Below, one piece after another: positions 26,637-38,858 of a DNA stretch of 63,857 bases. This DNA is from Octopus bimaculoides. Lineage: Eukaryota. The position numbers were made by a program, and so were the translations under genes. The stretch lies in contig NC_068984.1 of NCBI RefSeq assembly GCF_001194135.2, positions 116,397,391-116,461,247 on the forward strand, in the 5' to 3' direction. Each line of letters begins with the position of its first letter. Position 1 is the first letter of the stretch. The notes beneath the pieces are model-generated. The model worked only from the letters and a program-made list of their open reading frames with translations, made no database searches and was not told the origin of the DNA.

Positions 26637-26800
26637 TAGGACAGGAATTTTCAATGGCCGGATAACTGAAGAGATGTTGGCGTGGGTTCCCACCCCGACA
26701 TCCGAAACTCGGAGTTTTATCATGGCTACCGAATAAGTGTCACATATTTTTACAGATAAATTCCTCTATTTACATAATATCGAGGTGTCTTTCTTTCTTT
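26637..26800 (+). mobile_element. Probable Penelope-like pseudo-LTR fragment carrying the hammerhead
   Basis: A short non-coding segment containing the ribozyme, bounded by (TA)n/gap and (GACA/GA)n. The PLE assignment is inferred from ribozyme type. Confidence 0.5.
26655..26728 (+). ncRNA. Type I hammerhead ribozyme (minimal, palindromic helix III), probably in a PLE terminal repeat
   Basis: Stem I GATAA/TTATC is extended by TGGCC/GGCTA. The core is CTGAAGA (26666-26672). Stem II is GATGTTGG/CCGACATC plus GTGG/CCAC with a GTTC loop, followed by GAAA (26704-26707). Stem III is ACT-cgg-AGT and the GUU cleavage triplet ends at 26716. Confidence 0.8.
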
Positions 26801-29800
26801 TGTGAGAGAGGCAGACAGACAGAGACAGAGAGGAAGAGACTGAGAGATACACACAATTAAACAAATACAAAACAGAATGATTGCAGCCAACCCAGACATA
26901 GGTGAGAAACTTTTACTGAGGTTGGGGCAGAGCCTAACAACTCTGAATGCTTCCTTCTTACTCCTGGCTCTGGAAGCCGCTAATCCAGTAAGCACCGTGC
27001 CTAATTGATGTTGGACTGGATGAGCAACATCTTCGCGGTTTCTTGATTGAGACATTATAGCTGATTATAACCTCCTAGTGTGGTTTTATACAGCAGCCTA
27101 CATAATAATCAGTGGTAATCTGGATGTTAGGCTGCGTCAGTGCATGTTAGTGTATGTTAGTGATATCTAAGCAGCATTAGGAATAAAATATAACAAGACA
27201 AAGGAATATAATAGATTTTTTATAATTTTACGCTGCAAGGAAGAAGAATACTTGAGTTCAATGTTTCGTATAGTCGTTTACTGTTAAGAAAAAAGCAGAG
27301 GAGGTAAAAATAGAAACTGCTCGAGGAAGCAATGTTTTATAGAGTAAAGCACATCGTAAATAATCAAAAGAAAAATTATAATGGACAGTAAACGGGTGAG
27401 GACGAAGTTGTGTTCGTCAACCTGAGGAGTAGTTTTGTTTTGATTAACCAAGGGAGATAATGTGATGCCATCCACGCGTATGTGCTTTTGTGAGTGTTTT
27501 TTTATGTAAATGTATTTATGCAAGTTTGTTTATTAGTGTGTTTGAAGATATGGTAGTGTGTTCTTGTATGTGATGCGTGTAGCTCTGTAGGTAGGTGTAT
27601 GTAAATGTAGGTAAGGCAGTGTATGGGAAGTCGTTATGTGAACGTAAACGATGGTGAAATGTTTTGTTGCTGGTGTGAATGTTGCATAATGATATGTGTG
27701 TATGCGTGTCTAATGTATGTATACTGTGTATCCGTGTATGTATGTATGTATGTGAGCTCAATCAACCGAGATCAATATTTCCCCCGTCAACGTCCTACTC
27801 ACACATTTATAAAGACCCCCATGTGCACTTCACAAGTCCCTCATCTCAACACACACAAACACACACACACACACGCACTCACACACATACACACACATTC
27901 ACGCACACTTACATACGCTACATCTATCACAGATACTGAGCACTATGATTCATTTATAAAATCTATGCAGTAATACAAACACATCTGCACAATCAAAACA
28001 TTGCCCAAGACAAGCAAATATATTTACCTACATATATTCGCACACACCTCCATACATATTCTCACACACTCACTTACATACGCACGAAGACATAAATATT
28101 CTCATGTCTTCTCGCCAATGTCTCGATAAAGCACTCACATATGACGTGTTATCGCGCACACATACATGAATAATTATGCGAATCTTTTCTCTTCGCCAAA
28201 ACTCCCACTCTTCCTCTGTAACTACATCCATCATCCATTATTTCATTCACTTTTAAGTTTTCACCATAAAGCATTACCCACGACGAAGCCTTCAATTTTC
28301 TTGTCATCTTTTTCTTTTCTTTTTGACAAAGGGCACAATGTCAAACATTGAACTCTTCTGTTGAACATTGAACAACATAAAATTGATTACCTTGCACTCT
28401 GTGTGTTTTGTTCAATTTGGTTCATAAAAAATGTTTGCGTATCATTCGACTGTTCTACATAATTTATTCTATCTTTTCTTCAGTCTGTAGATAGATACTT
28501 TCATTTTTTCTGTGCGTGTTGATCAGCATATTCATTTGCCCTTTCTTGCAATTTGAAGAACCTTGAATCTACTATCACCATTGGTCCTATTTGCTTCTGA
28601 TGTTAACTCATTTCTTCTTTTATGTCTTTTTTGTTTTTACCTTCTTGCCTCTTGGGAAGTTTTTACTGTTCCCCAGCCACTATAAGCCTGTCAACATCGT
28701 AACTGGTGGTGGTAATACTGTGAGAGGATTTTTCGGTCACATGATCTTCGGTTCCTATCACTGAGAATATGCTGAGTTGTTCGACTCAGTAGCTTCTGGA
28801 AAGTTTTGTCGTTATTGTTGCCGTTCAGTTATCCACTTTCTTTCTCTGTTTTTATAGTTCCCATTTCTTTCACACGCATTACTGCTCGACAGACTGCCGT
28901 ATAACAATGATTTCTTTTCAAACAACAATGTGGAATAGCGCCTGAATACCTTTATGGCCTTTGACAGGTCATGAGAACTTGCATTTCTTCCTTTATAACT
29001 AAGCTTACTGCCACACATGTTACAGATCAACTGTCTGCCCTGCACTATGTCTTATCACTTTTTACTTTCAGATGACAATGCGAAACAGCTCCAAAATAGA
29101 TTTGAGGTTGCATGTTCTGCTCACATCGTTATATAGCACCTAACTGAACTGAGACGCAAACATGATTACCACCCAAGCGTCATGGCGTTATGAATGTTAT
29201 TTGCCATAACTGTCATGTGGTATCGTCACATATTTTAGTGTAGATGCACTTTGCTTTGTTATACTTCACTGCCAAGCAGACTCTTTTCCTCATCAGGCAA
29301 TTTATATCTCGGGCCAGTCTGTTTGGTACCAATCCAGCGAACGAAGGCTGTGAACGTTCTCTCCGTTCTTAATCTAAAGTTTCTATTCTTTCCTTCGTAT
29401 AGCAGAACACAGATTTGTATGAGTGTGTGTTATTGTTGTTGTTATCAATAATCATGTCTTTGGAATTTTCCAAACAAGGTTGCTGTCCTGTCATAAAAAT
29501 CATTATTTTCTTCTGGTTGGGAAATAAACGTATTCTGTAGGAAATTGAATTTGTTTTATTATTTTCTAGTTACTGTCCGTAAAAACGTTTTTGCTTTCAT
29601 TAGAATTGTTTTGATGCGGAGGTAGGCGTTTTTGAATGTTGTAGTCATTTTAGCTTACGAGTGGAAGAAGAAAAATTTTCTTCGCAAATTAGTGTTGCGT
29701 TTTTTTCTTCTTCGCCAAACGGGGAAAATAATGAAGACAAGTAAGTCCCCATTGTTCTATGTAGTAGCTCCCGATTACAAAAGCTATTTTTCCATGCAAT

Positions 29801-29859
29801 TTCACTTGGTAAAACTTCATGATAGAGACAAGACGAAAGGCGTCTGTCTCAACAGCATC

Positions 29860-29918
29860 AACAACATAAACAACAACAGCAACGACACAATAGAAACAAC
29901 AACGACACTACTACTACA

Positions 29919-29970
<52 letters not shown>

Positions 29971-29989
29971 NNNNNNNNNNCTGCTGCTG

Positions 29990-30080
<91 letters not shown>
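29860..30080. repeat. (CAA)/(CTA)n/(AAT)n compound microsatellite
   Basis: Seen directly; includes a 10-nt gap. Confidence 0.95.
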
Positions 30081-30082
<2 letters not shown>

Positions 30083-30084
30083 TG

Positions 30085-30545
30085 AAGATATAAAAGCCAA
30101 TGGAAAGATTGGACCAAACTGAGGAAGAGAGTACGAATGAAGCTGGAGAAGACACAGAAAGAACTGGGGAAGTTGTATAGGATAATGAGAGGAGAGCTTA
30201 AGGATAAGGTAGTAATCGGAAAATTGAGTGGACAGTAGAGGTTAGAAGACAGGGGAATTCAAACGGTACCTGAAGAATTGACACAAATGGTGACAGCCTT
30301 AAAGGCTAGATTGAATAGACACGATGCTAGATGCAAAGCTTTTGAACTGAATAGACCGTTCCGACCAAATAGAAGGCGTCTATTTCAGGAAATAGAGGGC
30401 GGCCAACACCAGGAACTGATTCCAGAAGCGGAAGAAAGTAAAGAAATTTGGGGAAAGCTGCGGAACAGGCCGGCGAGACATAAAGAAAATGCAGAGTGGC
30501 TAACAAAGGTGGAAAGACAACTTGCAACTGTACCAAGACAAAAGT
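30085..30545 (+). mobile_element. R4/Dong-type LINE internal fragment (region upstream of RT)
   Basis: KLEKTQKELGKLYRIMRGELK..EELTQMVTALKARLNRHDARCKAFELNRPFRPNRRRLFQEIEGG..PEAEESKEIWGKL..HKENAEWLTKVE is typical of the R4/Dong pre-RT region. Confidence 0.8.
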
Positions 30546-30874
30546 AGTAGTAGTAGTAGTAGTAGGGGGAGGAGGAGGAGGAGGAGGAGGAGGACGAGGA
30601 GGAGGAGGTGGATGATGAAGATGAGGAGGGGTAGGAGGAAGAGAAAGCACGTGAAAGAAGAGAGAAGAAGCAGCAGCAACAATATGGCCAGGTTACTTTA
30701 ACTGTTCGGTAGCATCAAGTTCCTGTATGATTATTATTTTGGAAGGATGTAGTTCTGTATATGAATGTTATAGCAATTGATGATATTCAGTCCCTAAGTG
30801 AAATAAATTGCAGATTGGAATAATCGTTAGACCATCGAGCAAATCGTCTTCTCGTATTAAATCACGGCTCTTTT

Positions 30875-31252
30875 ACCTGCTTCAGTCATTTGACTGCGGC
30901 CATGCTGGAGCACCGCCTTTAGTCGAGCAAATCGACCCCAGGACTTATTCTTTGTAAGCCTAGTACTTATTCTATCGGTCTCTTTTTGCCGAACCGCTAA
31001 GTTACGGGGACCTAAACACACCATCATCGGTTGTCAAGCGATGTTGTGGGGACAAACAAAGACATAAAAACATATATATATATACATATACATATATACG
31101 ACGGGCTTCTTTAAGTTTCCTTCTACCAAATCCACTCACAAGGCTTTGGTCGGCCCGAGGCTATGATAAAAGACACTTGCCCAAGGTGCCACGCAGTGGG
31201 ACTGAAGCCGGAACCATGTGGTTGGTAAGCAAGCTACTTACCACACAGCCAT
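30875..31252 (-). mobile_element. SINE family A, full length, young
   Basis: TTCAGTCATTTGACTGCGGCCATGCTGGAGCACCGCCTTTAGTCGAGC...GTTGGTAAGCAAGCTACTTACCACACAGCCA; high identity to 33205-33620. Confidence 0.95.
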
Positions 31253-31877
31253 ATCTTCAAAGTTCAAATGCCAGATCATGGCCGCTAAAGACAACCGAGT
31301 TTTCTCACAATCACACTCATACACACACACAAACTGAATAAGTAAAATCAAATGTTTTCTTAGTCATTTATCGCTCAGGGGTCGTTAAAAATAAGTCCAA
31401 TCAAGTTGGGTGCAGTGCATGCCACTCCCTCAGAATATATCGTCGTGTACCGATGTTACGCAATACAACTAATGAATCAATATTATCCAATGCATTTCAC
31501 AAACTGTACTTCGACGACCCCTTCCTCTAGAAGAATAAGGGAAATAATTTTCAAAGCGCTTAGCTAATGAAAATTAAAAGCATAGAGAAAACAGAGAAAG
31601 CAACGAAGATTAAAATCTAACATTCACCATATCGATAATCAAACGTTAATTTTTTTCCAGTGAGCCATTCATAAGTGTATTATATAATTTTGCCGTTTCG
31701 TTATGGAATAAATGGACTCTAAACTAAGATAAAGTGCATTGAAAGAGCTCTACTGATGAGCCTTATAGAATATCGATTGCTGCAAGCAGAAATAATCTCC
31801 TCCTCCCTTTCTTTTCTTTCTCTGCTTTTTCATCATCTTTTGTACTTCAACCACACTCTTTCCCCTCTCTTTCGTTC

Positions 31878-31878
31878 T

Positions 31879-31936
<58 letters not shown>

Positions 31937-31995
31937 ATATCATCATCACCCCCACCACATCATCATCATCATCAATATCATCATCACCCCCACCA

Positions 31996-32029
<34 letters not shown>

Positions 32030-32050
32030 GATATCATCATCACCCCACCA

Positions 32051-32085
<35 letters not shown>

Positions 32086-32207
32086 ATATCATTATCATCA
32101 TCATCAATATCATCATCACCCCACCACATCATCATCATCAATATCATCATCCTCCTCCTCCTCCTCCTCCTCCACCTCCCCATCATCATCATTATCTTCT
32201 TCTTCTC

Positions 32208-32242
<35 letters not shown>

Positions 32243-32321
32243 TCTTCTTTTTGTTCTTCTTCTTCCTCTTCTTCTTTTTGTTCTTCTTCTTCTACTACTA
32301 CTACTACTGCTACTACTGCTG

Positions 32322-32387
<66 letters not shown>

Positions 32388-32400
32388 TTCTTCTTCTTCC
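31878..32400. repeat. (CAT)n/(CCT)n/(CTT)n/(CTA)n compound microsatellite with a higher-order unit
   Basis: Seen directly; the 247-aa ORF is its translation. Confidence 0.95.
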
Positions 32401-32794
32401 CACCTTTTGTTTGTGGCGTTGTTTGTTTGTTTGTTTGTTTCTTTCTTTTTCCGCACGCATCCTCCCTTCAATTTCACCTCATTCAGCTCCCACCAGTAAC
32501 ATCCTCAACGGGATCTCCACCACCATCAACAGCCGTCTTGTTAATGTTTGATTTTGTTCTCCTTCTTCATCATCTTGCAATCAGATGATTTATATAGATT
32601 GATGAAATCAAACAGACTCTAATTACGGTGAAATTAATCGATAATAGACACAAATTATTTGCTGAGACACATTTAAAAAAAAAAAAAAAAACGAAATTAA
32701 GTTAAACCCATAAATAAAACGTATACATAAACAATAAAAAAAAAACAGAGACAAGAAAGAAATTCACCATACATCAGTATTAGAGAAAGTTTGC

Positions 32795-32853
<59 letters not shown>

Positions 32854-32855
32854 TG

Positions 32856-32934
<79 letters not shown>

Positions 32935-32936
32935 TG

Positions 32937-32995
<59 letters not shown>
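32795..32995. repeat. (AAT)n microsatellite
   Basis: Seen directly. Confidence 0.95.
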
Positions 32996-32997
<2 letters not shown>

Positions 32998-33204
32998 TAG
33001 AAAAATAATTCAAAATAAAAGAATGACAGTAAATGAATTTAAAGCAGGTAGCAAATAATACTACTTTGTGTCAGAAGCTACTTAAATGCTTTAAAATTCA
33101 AGCGCAAGTGGCATTAAATCCATAGCAAAAGACAACATCAGTACTAAGACTTAATGTTTTAATCATGCAAACGAAGCGGAATTTCCGATATTCTTATTTA
33201 CTCT

Positions 33205-33620
33205 TTATTACTCTTTTACTTGTTTCAGTCATTTGACTGTGGCCATGCTGGAGCATCGCCTTTAGTCGAGCAAATCGACCCCAGGACTTATTGTTTGGAT
33301 GCCTAGTACTGATTCTATCGGTTTTTGTTGCCGAACCGCTATGTTACGGGGACGTAAACACACCACCATCGGTTGTCAAGCGATGTTGGGGAGACAAACA
33401 CAGACACACAAACATACACACGCACACACACACACATACATATATATACATATATACGACAGGCTTCTTCCAGTTTCCGTCTACCAAATCCACTCACAAG
33501 GCTTTGGTCGGCCCGAGGCTATAGTAGAAGACACTTGCCCAAGGTGCCATGCAGTGGCGCTGAACCCAGAACCATGTGGTTGGTAAGCAAGCTACTTACC
33601 ACACAGTCACTCCTGCGCCT
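33205..33620 (-). mobile_element. SINE family A, full length
   Basis: Near-identical to 30875-31252; starts at (minus) TAGGCGCAGGAGTGACTGTGTGGTAAG. Confidence 0.95.
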
Positions 33621-33994
33621 AGTTTTATAATTTTTTTCCCGTATGTTTTTTTTTTTTTGGCGATATTTTAAACTGCTGGTATTGTTAGAGCCATTGTTGT
33701 TTTCGTTGTTGCTGTTGTTTAGCCACAGGTAGGCTCCCGATTGAGGAGAAAACATACGTTTTGTTTTTGTTTTTATCTCAATCAATGGTTTGACCAACCC
33801 TTCGTTACATTTTTTTACTTCTACAGAATAATTGTACGTAGAATGACAATTTCTATAATAAAGTCTTTCTCTTTGTTTAAGAGGCTGTATGATTTTCTTA
33901 AAGGGAAATTTGGATGTTTTTCTTTGTAGGCAGAGCGAAAGCGAGCTAAAACGTGTTTGGAGGTCGAACGAAAGTCAAGTAGGAGAGCGAGTCA

Positions 33995-34170
33995 AAACGC
34001 GTAGCCTAATGGTCAAGGTGTTGCCCGCACGATCGGTAGATCGTGGTTTCGATTCCCGGTCTGGGCGGTGAGTTGTGTCTCGCGCAAATTGAAAATAAAC
34101 TTTATTTCACGTTGGTCCAGTCCACTCAGCTGTGATCTAGACCAACAAGTAATGAAGTGATGAACCCGGT
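33995..34170 (+). mobile_element. tRNA-derived SINE head (family B-like)
   Basis: A-box TAGCCTAATGG, B-box GGTTTCGATTCCC, then CCAGTCCACTCAGCTG. Confidence 0.7.
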
Positions 34171-34583
34171 GTGCTCTGTATGATTTCGGTCTTTATCCGC
34201 TATGGAAACCGTATAACCCGCTCTACGAGTCTTGGTCTCCAGACTTCCTGTACCTTTTTTTGTTTAACTAGCAGGTCAGACGTTCAGTTGGATGCTCTCT
34301 CATTGGAACGAGCTGGTATAGGTGAAGTTAATTTGTGCTATATTTTCTTCCACTCCCGCTTCCGGTTGTTACTGATCAAAGTAACGTTTGGCGAAACGGC
34401 AGTTCACCCATAATTGATTGCTCAGTTTGTATATCATAGAAAGAGTGTAAAATTGGCCGAGTCATTAGAAAGTTAAACGGATTGCATTGAGGTAATTCTT
34501 CCGGTTTTGTACACACAGAGGTCAAGTTTATTTTTCATCCTTTTAGGGCTGAAAAATGAGTACCAAACCTGCACTAACGTCAA

Positions 34584-34637
<54 letters not shown>

Positions 34638-35491
34638 TCTATGGTTGCCTACTGTTTGTTCTATTTATATATATATACTCATTCAGCTGAATCAAATCTT
34701 GACTTATTTGCAATCCTCAATATTTGACTCATCAGTAATTTTGGCGATATCAATCAATAAAATTGATGCGTAGTTGCTGGGCGTCGATCAGATTTTTCGT
34801 GACGTCATTCCCCAATTTGGATGATCCGGATCTTGNNNNNNNNNNNNNNNNNNNNNNNNNNNNNNNNNNNNNNNNNNNNNNNNNNNNNNNNNNNNNNNNN
34901 NNNNNNNNNNNNNNNNNNNNNNNNNNNNNNNNNNNNNNNNNNNNNNNNNNNNNNNNNNNNNNNNNNNNNNNNNNNNNNNNNNNNNNNNNNNNNNNNNNNN
35001 NNNNNNNNNNNNNNNNNNNNNNNNNNNNNNNNNNNNNNNNNNNNNNNNNNNNNNNNNNNNNNNNNNNNNNNNNNNNNNNNNNNNNNNNNNNNNNNNNNNN
35101 NNNNNNNNNNNNNNNNNNNNNNNNNNNNNNNNNNNNNNNNNNNNNNNNNNNNNNNNNNNNNNNNNNNNNNNNNNNNNNNNNNNNNNNNNNNNNNNNNNNN
35201 NNNNNNNNNNNNNNNNNNNNNNNNNNNNNNNNNNNNNNNNNNNNNNNNNNNNNNNNNNNNNNNNNNNNNNNNNNNNNNNNNNNNNNNNNNNNNNNNNNNN
35301 NNNNNNNNNNNNNNNNNNNNNNNNNNNNNNNNNNNNNNNNNNNNNNNNNNNNNNNNNNNNNNNNNNNNNNNNNNNNNNNNNNNNNNNNNNNNNNNNNNNN
35401 NNNNNNNNNNNNNNNNNNNNNNNNNNNNNNNNNNNNNNNNNNNNNNNNNNNNNNNNNNNNNNNNNNNNNNNNNNNNNNNNNNNNNNNNNNN

Positions 35492-35850
35492 GTGGTTAGG
35501 GCAGCGGACTCGCGGTCATAAGATCGCGGTTTCGATTCCCAGACCGGGCGTTGTGAGTGTTAATTGAGCGAAAACACTCAAAACCTCCACGAGGATCCGG
35601 CAGGGGATGGTGATGAACCCTGCTGTACTCCTCCACCACAACGTTCTCTCATTCTTACTTCCTGTTTCTGTTGTGCCTGTAATTCAAGAGGTCAGCCTTG
35701 TCCCACTGTGTCACGCTGAATATCCCCGAGAACTACGTTAAGGGTACACGTGTCTGTGGAGTGCTCAACCACTTGCACGTTAATTTCACGAGTAGGCTGT
35801 TCCTTTGATCGGATCAACCGGAACCTTCGACGTCGTAAGCGACGGAGTGC
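35492..35850 (+). mobile_element. SINE family B
   Basis: GTGGTTAGGGCAGCGGACTCGCGG...GGTTTCGATTCCCAGACCGGGCG...GACGGAGTGCC; about collinear with 45865-46235. Confidence 0.9.
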
Positions 35851-37129
35851 CAACAACAATATATATATGTAGGTATTCTCTTTTTTTTACTTATATATAT
35901 ATTTCCTGGAAGCGAGAACGCCGTACTCAAGTTATCCAGCCAACTCTTTCGTACGTGCAAGCTCACACGCGAAAACACACACACACACACACATACACAC
36001 GCACATGAACACATACATACAGACATACACATAATCTCTCTGACTCTAGCATGCATATGTAAAATACGTTTGATAAAGGTAATGATAGAAAATTTCCATA
36101 ACAAGCCTGAATTATTGTACTATTTGCAGTAGCATATTTTGTTGCCTTAGCTAATAACTATGTTAAATGTCATTATATATATTTTAGAGATTTAAATGAC
36201 TGTATTTTGACAAGTTTCCTTTATATTTCTATCTTATATTTATATTACGACCGATTTTAATTTTATTTTTATGTCTACTTAAATTCTGAAGTATTACTTT
36301 TAGCAGCAAATAATTTCCCTAATGCTTTTGCATGGTAACTGCTGTAAAATAGAAAGGATAACTGCGCATATTATTTAAGAGAGAAAAAAAATCATATATA
36401 TATATATATANNNNNNNNNNNNNNNNNNNNNNNNNNNNNNNNNNNNNNNNNNNNNNNNNNNNNNNNNNNNNNNNNNNNNNNNNNNNNNNNNNNNNNNNNN
36501 NNNNNNNNNNNNNNNNNNNNNNNNNNNNNNNNNNNNNNNNNNNNNNNNNNNNNNNNNNNNNNNNNNNNNNNNNNNNNNNNNNNNNNNNNNNNNNNNNNNN
36601 NNNNNNNNNNNNNNNNNNNNNNNNNNNNNNNNNNNNNNNNNNNNNNNNNNNNNNNNNNNNNNNNNNNNNNNNNNNNNNNNNNNNNNNNNNNNNNNNNNNN
36701 NNNNNNNNNNNNNNNNNNNNNNNNNNNNNNNNNNNNNNNNNNNNNNNNNNNNNNNNNNNNNNNNNNNNNNNNNNNNNNNNNNNNNNNNNNNNNNNNNNNN
36801 NNNNNNNNNNNNNNNNNNNNNNNNNNNNNNNNNNNNNNNNNNNNNNNNNNNNNNNNNNNNNNNNNNNNNNNNNNNNNNNNNNNNNNNNNNNNNNNNNNNN
36901 NNNNNNNNNNNNNNNNNNNNNNNNNNNNNNNNNNNNNNNNNNNNNNNNNNNNNNNNNNNNNNNNNNNNNNNNNNNNNNNNNNNNNNNNNNNNNNNNATAT
37001 ATATATATATATATATAAATAATGAAATCCTTGGTCTTAATTTAAATATCAATATGAATTTCTTTAACTTTACAGTTTGCGTTTCTTCAAATAATACGGA
37101 GCGTTTAGTTCGTCTAAGTTTATCATATT

Positions 37130-37340
37130 GGTTTCAAATTTTGCCACGAGGCCAATGCTTCACGGGCGCGGTGAATCGATTTCATTGACCCCAGTACATG
37201 ATTAATACTTATTTCATCGAGCCCGAGAGGATGGAAGGCAAAATCGATCTCGGTGGAATTTGAACTCAGAACGTAAATGCAGACGCAATGCCGCTTAGAA
37301 TTTTTGCCCGGCGTAATAACGATTCTGCCGACTCATCGCC
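37130..37340 (-). mobile_element. SINE family C
   Basis: GGAATTTGAACTCAGAACGTAAA...AACGATTCTGCC, the reverse complement of the family C head. Confidence 0.85.
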
Positions 37341-37406
37341 TGTCTTTAACTTTATCATATTGCCGATAAATTTTCGGTTCCCATTTAGAGGGAATTAAAT
37401 ACTTCT

Positions 37407-37538
37407 AAAGTGGCGAGCTGGCAGAATCGTTAGCACGCCGGGCGGAATGCTTAACAGCATTTCGCCCGTCTTCATGATCTGAGTTCACATTCTGCCGGGG
37501 TCGACTTTGCCTTTCATCCTTTCGGGGTCGATAATTGA
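37407..37538 (+). mobile_element. SINE family C
   Basis: GGCGAGCTGGCAGAATCGTTAGCACGCCGGGCG...CTGAGTTCAC...GTCGACTTTGCCTTTCATCCTTTCGGGGTCGATAA. Confidence 0.9.
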
Positions 37539-38189
37539 GTTTATTAGTTTCACGACCGACAAAACTTGAACTTAAGAAAGTAAGCTAAGCACTCGTTATT
37601 TATAGAGTACTCCCTCTATCAGTGATACAGTGCTGTGTGATCCACATTATGGTTTATCTGATATGCGTGGTCAAAGCTTTAGACAGATTGCTATGTGCTA
37701 TTTGTTCCGACTCTCTGCACTCTAAGTTCAAATTCTGCCAACGTCAAATTTTCCATTCATTCTTTTGGAGTCCATAAAATAGTAGCAAACACGCAATTGA
37801 ATAGTTGAACTGTTAGAGCAACGGACGGCCAGTATGCATAGAGCTATCTGTCTCCTCATTTGTATTCTGCCAACAACGGCTACTATGACACTGGTGACGA
37901 AATGTATCGACTCTGCAGCGGCGACATTTTCCTTGGATAAACATCCTTGTCACGGACAGAAGAGATTTGCATGAACAAACAACTGTTATCGTTCCACATA
38001 ATTCTTGCTCAGACCTGCGTGTATAGACGTAGATAAATGGCCAACCCGAAACCTATGGAGAGCATCTGAATACGTGATACCTAAGCACACACAAACATAT
38101 ACACACAAACTTGCACACATAATACTTAGTGTTTGTATTAAATTCGATAAGCGAAACACATCCACACCCTGCATATGTGTATCTATATT

Positions 38190-38231
<42 letters not shown>

Positions 38232-38311
38232 ATTTGGAACTGCCGCCAGTATTGAGTACTTTAATCAATAAATCTCTTGTCATAGAAGAAATCTAACGCT
38301 AATTAATATAC

Positions 38312-38700
38312 AGAAGCAAGTGTGGCCGTGTGGTTAAGAAACTTATTTTGCAACCACATGGTTTCTGATTCAGTTCTACTGCGTGGGACTTTGGGCAGGT
38401 ATCATCTGCTATGCACCTGGGTCAAACAATACCCTGTTAGTGAATTTGGTAGATAGAAACTGTGTGGAAACTTGCTGTATGTGCGTGTTTGTTTGTGTAT
38501 GTGTTTGGTGTGTTTGTGATCCACCACGCTTGACAGCCGGTGTTGGTTTGTTTGTGTCCCCGTAATTTAGCAGTTTGGCGAGAGATCGGTAGAAATTTAT
38601 ACCAAACGGTCGATCTATGAAGGTCGATTCGTTGGACTAAACCTTTCAAAGCAGTGCCCCAATTTGGTTGCAGTCCGATGACCAAAACAATTAAACGATA
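38312..38700 (+). mobile_element. SINE family A-related, decayed
   Basis: GTGTGGCCGTGTGGTTAAG head, CTTTGGGCAGG core, GTGAATTTGGTAGA..AAACTG. Confidence 0.75.
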
Positions 38701-38765
38701 AAACGATAAATGATATAGACGTCCACAAATACACATGCACATACACACGCACGCACGCACATACA

Positions 38766-38858
<93 letters not shown>

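Noticed and set aside
28420-29050. A-rich minus-strand stretch that might be LINE ORF1
   Set aside because: No diagnostic motif was recovered and there are many stops.
31751-31795. CTGATGAG...AGAAA
   Set aside because: No stem II pairing and no stem III or cleavage triplet.
34370-34410. CTGATCAAAG...CGAAACGGCAGTT hammerhead-like
   Set aside because: G8 is replaced by C and stems I and II do not form.
37613-37631. tetO-like CTCTATCAGTGATACAG
   Set aside because: A single imperfect match in eukaryotic DNA with no vector context; chance.
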